Origin: an uncultured Gammaproteobacteria bacterium
GTDB lineage: Bacteria > Pseudomonadota > Gammaproteobacteria > Steroidobacterales > Rariloculaceae
Reading direction: 5' to 3'
Length of the DNA: 64,000 bases
NCBI GenBank assembly: GCA_963699925.1
Contig: CAVOVT010000007.1
Location: forward strand, 441,008-505,007
The position numbers and the translations under genes were made by a program. The number at the start of each line of letters is the position of its first letter. Position 1 is the first letter of the stretch. Positions 56,457 through 64,000 of the stretch are shown here, one piece after another. The notes under the pieces are model-generated. The model saw nothing but the letters and a program-made list of their open reading frames with translations, searched no databases and had not been told where the DNA came from.

Positions 56457-57489
56457 ATGAAGCTCGCCATAGTCACCGACGCGTGGGAACCGCAGGTCAA
56501 CGGAGTCGTAACGACGCTCGGTCGTACGCGCCGCGAGCTCGAGCGCCTCGGCCACTCGGTTACGGTAATTGCGCCGCCGAACTTTCGGACCATTCCTTGT
56601 CCGACGTACCCCGAGATCAGGCTCGCGCTGCTTCCGGGCCGAAAGCTCGCGGCCGACGCTCGACGATTTCGAGCCGGACGCGATCCATGTCGCGACCGAA
56701 GGACCGCTCGGCATCGCGGCGCGCCGCCACTGCGTGCGCAACGGCCTGTCGTTCACCGCCTCGTATCACACGCAGTTTCCGCAATACGTGCGCAAGCGGG
56801 CGCCGATTCCGGAAAGCTGGTCGTACGCGTTCTTGCGCCACCATCACCGTCACGCGCGGCGCACTCTCGTGGCCACCGAGCACCAACGCCGCGACCTGAT
56901 CGTGCATGGTTTCGCCAACGTCGTGATCTGGTCGCGCGGCGTCGACGCCGAGCTCTTTCAGCCGTCCGGGCGCGACGCGCTGCCGGTCCCTCGCCCGATC
57001 TGGATGTACGCGGGCCGCGTCGCGGTGGAGAAGAATCTCGATGCGTTCTTGGCGCTCGACCTGCCGGGAACGAAGGTAGTCGTCGGCGACGGACCGGATC
57101 GCGCCGAGCTCGCGCGCCGTTATCCGAGCGCGCTGTTTCCGGGCTACCGCTTCGGAGCCGAGCTCGCGGCGCACCTTTCGGCGGCCGACGTGTTCGTGTT
57201 CCCGAGCCGCACGGACACGTTCGGGCTCGTGATGCTCGAAGCGATGGCGTGCGGCACACCGGTCGCGGCGTTCCCGGTCACCGGCCCGATCGACGTCGTG
57301 ACCCCCGGCGTCAACGGCGCGCTGAACGAAGATCTCGCCGCCGCGGCACACGCCGCGCTGCGCATCGACCGCGACGCATGCCGGCGCTCGGCGCTCACGC
57401 GCACCTGGGCGCGCGCATCCTCGCAGTTCCTCTCGCATCTCGTACGAGCCAACGACGGCATCGATCTCGTGGCCGCGCAAGCAGCTTGA
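56457..57489 (+). CDS. GT4 glycosyltransferase (Agt-like glycolipid synthase candidate; frameshift near 56650)
   Basis: TDAWEPQVNGVV, HVATEGPLG, GRVAVEKN, FPSRTDTFGLVMLEAMACG. Confidence 0.9.
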
Positions 57490-57640
57490 CGGCGATCGCG
57501 CGCGCCGCACCCCCGCTCCGCTTCACGCGAGCACACTCACGAAGTTCGTTCGAGGTGCAAAGCATCCGTGGGATGCCCGGAAACGGTGCGTGCGCGGCGC
57601 CCTCGCGGCCCGCGGACCGCGAGAACACACGATTCTCGCG

Positions 57641-57657
57641 TTGGCATGCGGCTTGCT
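57641..57657 (+). promoter_or_regulatory. sigma-54 (-24/-12) promoter
   Basis: TTGGCATGCGGCTTGCT fits TGGCAC-N5-TTGCW with canonical GG-N10-GC spacing. Confidence 0.7.
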
Positions 57658-57667
57658 AATAGATCCG

Positions 57668-57792
57668 CGGGCAGGGTCGGACCGCGTCAGCCGCACAAAT
57701 CGCGCCCCCCTTCGATTTTTCCGCTACGCGTCCGGCTCCGCCCACTAACCTCCACTCCGGCGTCTCGACCCAAGGGCGAGACGCCGGCTTCC
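57668..57792 (+). ncRNA. candidate sigma-54-dependent small RNA or structured leader
   Basis: follows the -24/-12 site; stem 57679-57733, C-rich single-stranded tracts, 11-bp hairpin 57757-57787. Confidence 0.35.
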
Positions 57793-57838
57793 GACCGAGC
57801 CGAAGGACGAACGCTCGCCGTTCCAGCACAATGCGAGC

Positions 57839-58387
57839 GTGGAAGCCGATCCCGAACAGGCTCTCGTGTGCGCTCGCGAGGCTCGCGCGCTGCTCGACCG
57901 CCATCCACGCAGCTCCTGGCGCAAGGACCCGACGCACGGCGCGCGGTTCTGGCTCGAGATTCACGACGGCTTTCGGCGCGAATCCAACGGCCTCATTGCG
58001 CTGCTCGACGATCATCGCCGCGGACAGCGAGACGCCGGCAAGCTAGCGGTCATCTCCGCGCCGCGTCTCAAACGCATGATCGCGCGGCTGCACGACCACC
58101 ATGAGATCGAGGAGTTCGAATATTTTCCGGCCTTTCGTGCGCTCGAGCCGACGCTCGCGCCGGGCTTCGACGCGCTCGCGAGCGATCACGCGCGGCTGCA
58201 GCACCATGTCGACGAGGCGGTCGCGGCGCTCGCCGAGCTGCTCGCCGCGGTCTCGAATGACGCGGCCGGAACGCTGGGATTGACGGATCGCTACGCGTCG
58301 CGAGCCGACGAGCTCTGTCGCGCACTCGTGCGTCATCTCGACGACGAGGAAGACCTGATCATCCCGCTGCTGCTCGAGCCGCGGTGA
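57839..58387 (+). CDS. hemerythrin-like (HHE) domain protein
   Basis: FWLEIH..FR, LHDHHEIEE..YFP, L.SDH, HLDDEEDLIIP. Confidence 0.8.
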   Translation: MEADPEQALVCAREARALLDRHPRSSWRKDPTHGARFWLEIHDGFRRESNGLIALLDDHRRGQRDAGKLAVISAPRLKRMIARLHDHHEIEEFEYFPAFRALEPTLAPGFDALASDHARLQHHVDEAVAALAELLAAVSNDAAGTLGLTDRYASRADELCRALVRHLDDEEDLIIPLLLEPR

Positions 58388-59018
58388 AAGCGACGGTGAG
58401 ATTGTGGGCCGGCATCGAAATGGCTTCGACGAGCGCGAAGCCGTGCTCCTCGGCGCAACGCTCGACGTCGTCGAGATCGCGCACGCCCCACTCGGCGTTG
58501 CGGGCTCGCAGACTCTCGTCGAACACTTCGTTGCTCGGCGACGTGTGACGGCCGCCGCGCTTGTACGGGCCGTAGAGGAACAACGGCGCGCCGGGCGGTA
58601 GCCATCGCGATGCGCCCGCCAACAGCGCGTTCGTCGCGGACCATGGCGCGATGTGAATCATGTTGATGCAGACGATCGCGCCCACGTCCACCGCAGGCCA
58701 GTCCGGCGCGAGCACGTCGAGGCGCAGCGGTGGACGAACGTTGCTCAAGCCCGCGGCACGGATGCGCGCAGCCGCGGCGGCAAGCAACCGCTCGTCCGCG
58801 TCGGTCGGTTGCCAAGTCAGCGTCGGTACCGCGCGGGCGAAGTGCACGACGTGCTGCCCCGTGCCGCTCGCGATCTCCAGCACGACGCCGGCGGACGGCA
58901 GTCGAGATCGTATCGCCTCCAGGATGGGGCTCTTGTTGCGCTCGGCCGCGGGGCTCTCGAGGAGTCCCTCGGCCAGCGTCTCGCCATAGCGGCCGCGCGC
59001 GGACTCCTGGGTCGTCAT
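58359..59018 (-). CDS. DUF938 family SAM-dependent methyltransferase
   Basis: SPAAERNK.PIL, LEIASGTGQH, WQPTD, INMIHIAPW, YGP, WGVRD. Confidence 0.9.
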   Translation of the reverse strand: MTTQESARGRYGETLAEGLLESPAAERNKSPILEAIRSRLPSAGVVLEIASGTGQHVVHFARAVPTLTWQPTDADERLLAAAAARIRAAGLSNVRPPLRLDVLAPDWPAVDVGAIVCINMIHIAPWSATNALLAGASRWLPPGAPLFLYGPYKRGGRHTSPSNEVFDESLRARNAEWGVRDLDDVERCAEEHGFALVEAISMPAHNLTVAFTAARAAAG

Positions 59019-59157
59019 GATCGCATCGTAAGAAAGCGCCGCGAGCGCAACAAGCAGCGCGGCGCGGTGTCCCAATGGAAGCGCGACTGCGCGGCCGCTG
59101 GCCAAGCGCGGCGCGGTCCGGCCATAATCCCGACCCCACGGCGGAGCGAAGGGACCG

Positions 59158-59628
59158 ATGAACCCGCACGACTTCTCGATCGCGTTGCGCATTCGCCATC
59201 CGAGCATCGACCCCGCGGAAGTCACGCGCAGGGTGGGCATCGATCCACAGCATGCCTGGCGAGCAGGCGAGCCGCGGCACGTCGACGACGACGCGGGCAG
59301 CGCACTGCATCGCGAGACCTATTGGGTCGGGCTGCTGCTACCGCCGCCGCTCGGACCGTCGCCGTGGAGCCCGCACGTCGATGAGAGCCTTCGCCAAGCC
59401 GTGGCTCTCCCTCAGGCCTCTCTTTACTTCACGCTCTTGAAGATGAAGCGCTCGGCCCGCTTTTGGCGCGAGTTCGCCGACGAGGGCGGCACGGTCGAGT
59501 GCCTGTTGCAAGTGCACAGGGCCGACCGCTTTCAGCTCGACTTGTCGCAGGCGCTGCTGCTCGCGCTCGTCGACTTGAGAATCACGCTGTCGATCGAGGT
59601 CGAGGGGGCGTTGCGCGCCGCCGCGTGA
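59158..59628 (+). CDS. DUF4279-like hypothetical protein
   Basis: LRIRHPSIDP.EVT..VG..P..AWRAGEPR, ETYW. Confidence 0.55.
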   Translation: MNPHDFSIALRIRHPSIDPAEVTRRVGIDPQHAWRAGEPRHVDDDAGSALHRETYWVGLLLPPPLGPSPWSPHVDESLRQAVALPQASLYFTLLKMKRSARFWREFADEGGTVECLLQVHRADRFQLDLSQALLLALVDLRITLSIEVEGALRAAA

Positions 59629-59793
59629 GGTAGGAGGCAGTCCGAACGCGCCTCGGGCCTGCCGGATACCGCAGCGGGACACGCGGCGCCACGATTTGAC
59701 AGCCGTGGCGGCGTTCACATAGAACGGCCCTTGCAGCATCGACGAGCGCTCGTCCGCCGCTCGAGGCGAACGGACGGCGAATGGGGGGAATTG

Positions 59794-60667
59794 ATGCGAG
59801 CTACACAAACGCGGAGCCAACCCGTGAGCACACCGATCCAAATTCCGTTCCTGAACCGCCGCGCAACGCTGTTCGCCGCGATCGCGGGCGCCGCCGCGGC
59901 GATCGCGGGCGTCGCAATGCTGACTCTGCACGCGAACGCAGCGGACCAGAATCCGGCAAAGATCGGCGGCAAACCGAACATGAACGGCATCTGGCAGGCC
60001 GATCGGCAGCGCGTATTGGAATCTCGAGGACCACTCGGCCTCGGGCTTGAGCAACTTTTGGCAGCTCGGCGCGATCGCCGCGATTCCGGCGGGCCAAAGC
60101 GTCGTCGAGGGCGGCACGATCCCGTACAAGCCCGAGGCGCTCGCGCAGCGAGACGAGAATCGCAAGGGCTGGCCGAAGACGGACCCCGAAGCCAAGTGCT
60201 ACATGCCCGGAATTCCGCGCGCGACGTACATGCCCTACCCGTTCCAGATCGTGCAAGGCGACGGCGACATCTTGTTCGTTTACGAGTTCGCGAGCGCGAA
60301 TCGCGTCGTGCACATGGCGAAGCACGAAGAGTCGCCGGTCGACAGCTGGATGGGCTGGTCGAATGGGCATTGGGAGGGCGACGCGCTCGTAATCGAGGTC
60401 ACGGGCTTCAACGATGGAACCTGGTTCGACCGCGCCGGGAATTATCACGGCACGTCGCTAAAAGTCACCGAACGCTACACGCTGAAGGACAAGGACCATC
60501 TTCAATACGAAGCGACGATCGAGGATCCGGAGACGTTCTCGAAGCCTTGGAAGATCTCGCTACCGCTCTATAGGTTGATCTCGCCGAACGCGCAGTTGCT
60601 CGAGTTCAAGTGCGTCGAGTTTTCTGAAGAGCTGCTCTACGGGGATCTGACGAAGAAAACCAAGTAA
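59794..60667 (+). CDS. two-Cys partner protein (frameshift near 60000)
   Basis: signal peptide; PNMNGIWQA, DPEAKCYMPGIPR, PYPFQI, GHWEGDALV, LEFKCVE. Confidence 0.8.
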
Positions 60668-60701
60668 GATTTGCCGAGCGCAAACAGGGGAGACCATCGC
60701 G

Positions 60702-61116
60702 ATGCGTAAAGTCTTGAGCGTTGTCGGCGGAGTGCTCGCCGCAGCCGCCGCACTGCCGGCGCTGGCCCACCACTCGTTCGCGGCGGAGTTCGACGCTGCC
60801 AAGCCCGTTCAAGCTCGAGGGCGTCGTGACGAAGATGGAGTGGATCAACCCGCACTCGTGGATTCATCTCGACGTGACCACCGCGAGCGGCGAAGTCCAG
60901 CATTGGATGGTCGAGGGCGGCGCGCCGAACGCGCTGCTGCGTCGCGGCTGGAACCGCAGCTCGCTGCCTGCCGGCACGAAGATCAAGGTGCAGGGCTTTC
61001 AGGCGAAGGACGGCTCGATGCGCGCCAATGGCCGCGACATCACGTTCGCGGACGGCTCGAAGCTGTTCGTCGGCTCGTCGGGCACGGGCGCGCCGGACGA
61101 GCGGCCGGAACAGTAG
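60702..61116 (+). CDS. DUF6152 family secreted protein (frameshift near 60805)
   Basis: ALA|HHSFAAEFD, MEWINPHSWIH, WMVEGG.PN.L.RRGW. Confidence 0.85.
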
Positions 61117-61160
61117 GCTTTTCGTGGCTCGCGCTCGACAGCACGAGCTCGTCTGCCGAG

Positions 61161-61196
61161 AAAAAGGCCGCGGTCCTTCCGAACCGCGGCCTTTTC
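61161..61196. terminator. bidirectional rho-independent terminator
   Basis: AAAAGGCCGCGGT-loop-ACCGCGGCCTTTT between convergent genes. Confidence 0.85.
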
Positions 61197-61241
61197 GTTA
61201 GGCGCTTCGGCCGCTGAGCGGCCGGGCGCAACCATACGGGA

Positions 61242-61904
61242 TTACTTGGTCGCGAAGCAGTAGAGCAAGCCCGCGCCGCCGGTCGGCGCGAGCTCCTTCA
61301 AGCCGCATCCCTGCGACGGGTGAATCGCAGTCCACGAGTTCAAGCCCGGATTGAGGCCCATGCGATCGGCGTGGCCGAGCATCGCCTTCGCGCTCGCGTC
61401 GCCGACCGTCCAGTCCTTGCACGTGTTCTCGTCCTTCGTGCCGTCGTCCTTCGTACCGGTCATGATGTCGTGCTGCAGCGGCTGAGCAACCGGAGCCGCC
61501 TTGCCGTCCGCGCCCATCGCGAGGTAGTTCGGCGTCGTGCCCTTCTCGGTCAGCGCCGTCTTCGCGGAGATCTTGTTCTTGTCCGGCGTCAGCAGGTCGT
61601 TGACGTTCTGCGCGATCAGATCGCCCTTGAAGTTGTACCAGGGGCCCTTGCCGATGCGCGTCTTCGCATCGACCGTGCTCGTGCTCAAGTAGGCGTGCCA
61701 AGTCTTGCCGCCCGCGCCGGCGTCCTTCGCGAGCGACTGGCACAGCGCGTCCGCGCCTTTGAGCCCGCCCAAGTTGCCGCCCTTCGGGTTCGAGCTCGTC
61801 ACGAAGAAGCTCATGTTCGCCGCCGGCTTCTGCGCGACGGCGGTGTACGTGCCGAGCGCGAGAACCGCGACACCGGCCGCCGCGATCGCTTTCTTATTGA
61901 TCAT
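61242..61904 (-). CDS. secreted C-type-lectin/endostatin-like (DUF1554-like) protein
   Basis: FFVTS, GNLGGLKGADALCQ.LA, WHAYLST, HDIMTG, C.DWT, LYCFA. Confidence 0.7.
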   Translation of the reverse strand: MINKKAIAAAGVAVLALGTYTAVAQKPAANMSFFVTSSNPKGGNLGGLKGADALCQSLAKDAGAGGKTWHAYLSTSTVDAKTRIGKGPWYNFKGDLIAQNVNDLLTPDKNKISAKTALTEKGTTPNYLAMGADGKAAPVAQPLQHDIMTGTKDDGTKDENTCKDWTVGDASAKAMLGHADRMGLNPGLNSWTAIHPSQGCGLKELAPTGGAGLLYCFATK

Positions 61905-61965
61905 TCCAAGACTCCTCTGTGGTTGAAAATTCGGCGCGACGACCGCCGCGCCGCGTTCGATTTCC

Positions 61966-63202
61966 TCAAAGCGGCGCGGGCTCGATGCGCAGCAGCGCGC
62001 CGTCGTCCTCGTCGGTGATCACGTAGATGAGCCCGTCGGGGCCCTGACGAACGTCGCGAATCCTCTGGTGCAGATCCGAAAGCAGCCGCTCGCGGCGCAG
62101 CTCCTCGAGCTTGTCGTTGACGACCACACGCTCGAGCGCCCCCGTGCGCGGTATCTCGCCGACGCGCGCGCTGCCGACGAAGAGGTTCCCTTTCCAAGTC
62201 GGGAAGCGATCGCCCGTGTAGAACGTGAGCCCGGTCGGCGCAATGGACGGCAGCCAGAGAATCAGCGGCTGCTCGATGCCCTCGCCGAGAGGCGCCGGCG
62301 AAATCCTCGGGCCGTCGTAGTTGCGGCCGAAACTGTACTTCGGCCAGCCGTAGTTGCGGCCGGGAAGCAGCAGGTTCACTTCGTCGCCCCCGTTCGGGCC
62401 GTGCTCCGCGTTCAGCACGCTGCCGGTCGCCGCGTGCACCGTGAGGCCGAGCTGGTCGCGGTGACCGTAGCGTGAAGATCTCCGGCCGAGCGCCGGGCTT
62501 GCCGACGAACGGGTTGTCCGGCGCAGGCTTGCCGTCGTCGCGCATCCGCAAGACCTTGCCGTAGACGTTCCCGAGGTTCTGCGCGGAGTCGTCGAACGGC
62601 GCGCCGGTCGTCATGTAGAGCAGGCCGTCCTTGCCGAACGCGAGCCGCGAGCCGCTGTTGCCGTTCTCCCACTCGCCGACGAACAGCTCCTGCACGCCGG
62701 TGAGCTTCTTGCCCTCGAGCTTGCCGCGCCCGAGCGCGACCGCAGCCTGGCGCCGCCCCGGCGGGTTCGAGTTCGGAATTTCCGCGCCCGGCTTGTTGTA
62801 GGTGAAGTAGACCCACTGGTTCTCGGCGAACTTCGGATGCAGCGCGACCTCGGCGATCCCCGCGCCGCGAAACGCGCCGGGCTCCGGCGCGCCCCCGATC
62901 GCGTCCGGGTCGAGCGTCGCAGCGCCCTTCCCGCTCGCGGCGCCGTGCACGAGCCGCAGCTTCGCGCCGCGCTCCGTGACGAGCGCGTCGCCGTTCGGCA
63001 GGAACGCGAGGCTGAACGGATGCGCGAGCCCGTGAACGACGACCGAGACCTTGATGCCATGCTGCTCGGCGGTGTCGAACGTATACGGCTCCGCGCGCAG
63101 CGTGACCGCCTTGATGCCGAGATCCGGCTGCTGCTGCGCCCCGACGACGAACGTGAGCGCCGCCGCGACGCCCGCGACGAGCGCTTGTCTAGTGACCTGC
63201 AT
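61966..63202 (-). CDS. PQQ-dependent soluble aldose sugar dehydrogenase (YliI/GSDH family; frameshift near 62465)
   Basis: LAHPFSLAFLP, VTER, GSRLAF, EHGPNGGDEVN, NYGWP, SIAPTG, RIRDVRQGPDG. Confidence 0.88.
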
Positions 63203-64000
63203 GTGTCTCCCAACCGGTGGGTGATTGATAGTCGGCCCTGAAGCCCATCGCCTCGATCTCGTGGATCTTGCCGCCGCTCACCTTGAAAATGTGGGCGGCC
63301 GGCAGATCGAACGCGTCGAACGGCATGTCGATCTTGTCGACGCCGGGCACGCCCTTGATCGTGACGAACTTCTGCTTCATCGAATGGTGGAAGTGCGACA
63401 GCCCCATCACGAGCCCATTCTCAGGGTCGGCGATCGTGACCCGCCGATCGTCGATCTTGTCGATGTACTGGAACGTGCCCGTGTCGATCTGCGCCTTGCA
63501 GCCGAGCGCGCCCGTGGACGCAATCCCGCCCGGCTTCGCCGGTGGCGGGTTGCCCGTGGTCTGCATGCCGTTCTCGCGGCGCACGCAGTCGTCGGCGAAC
63601 GGCGCCTTCGAGCCGTCGTTGTCGTCGAGCGCGTCGTAGTACGACGCGCCGATCTTCAACATCTCGTCGCGCATGTTGCGCTGCGCCTTCGGCACGGCGG
63701 TCGTGAACGCGGCGCGCGGCCTTTGCAGATTCGGCAAGTTGCGATCGCCTAAGCCTCGCGCGACGAGATGCTCGATCTCCGTGATCTCGCCGTTCTCGAG
63801 CTTCAAACGCACGGCGACCTCGACCGGCTTGCCGCTCTCCTCCATCACGCCGAGGAAGCCGATTTGCTGCGACACGGGATCGGGCACGTAGATCTTGAAC
63901 GTCGTCGGCACGGCCGATGCGCTCTTCCAGAGCCCTTCGCCCGGCTTCATCGGCGTGACGTTCTCGACGAACCGCGCGTTCTCGGCGATCCGAACTTTTT
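63189..64000 (-). CDS. hypothetical exported protein, 3' part (start outside the window)
   Basis: RFVEN, GEGLW, RLKLENGEITEIE, C.RRENG.QT, FKVSGGKIHEIEA. Confidence 0.7.
   Translation of the reverse strand, partial: KVRIAENARFVENVTPMKPGEGLWKSASAVPTTFKIYVPDPVSQQIGFLGVMEESGKPVEVAVRLKLENGEITEIEHLVARGLGDRNLPNLQRPRAAFTTAVPKAQRNMRDEMLKIGASYYDALDDNDGSKAPFADDCVRRENGMQTTGNPPPAKPGGIASTGALGCKAQIDTGTFQYIDKIDDRRVTIADPENGLVMGLSHFHHSMKQKFVTIKGVPGVDKIDMPFDAFDLPAAHIFKVSGGKIHEIEAMGFRADYQSPTGWETHAGH

Overview
High-GC chromosomal segment. Gene content (mla operon, YceI, TPR-TonB-C and wHTH-TolB-TPR families) suggests a Gammaproteobacterium of the Steroidobacter/Woeseia type; this is inference. About half of the long genes are split by single-base frameshifts, including the mla genes and ppc. 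This is best explained by long-read consensus indel errors, so such genes are reported as joined CDSs with approximate boundaries. The window is dominated by exported redox and unknown proteins: five PQQ-type dehydrogenases of different subfamilies, seven proteins with CxxCH motifs (one pentaheme, one cytochrome fused to a probable beta-barrel), and five DUF6152-like 'AHH...WxNPH' domains. These recur with five copies of an unnamed two-Cys partner domain, as one gene fusion and three adjacent pairs. Also present: divergent PEP carboxylase, a secreted CotH-like kinase next to a phosphatase-pseudokinase fusion, ligJ, hpaB, metF, glyA, and a PlcP-like/DgkA/PAP2/GT4 lipid-remodelling cluster. A scrambled islet at about 46-51 kb carries a Phd-VapC toxin-antitoxin pair and a 221-bp duplicated yceI fragment. 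A candidate sigma-54-driven small RNA lies at about 57.65-57.79 kb. No rRNA, tRNA, CRISPR array, integrase or transposase was seen. All family assignments come from motif recognition by eye, not database searches.
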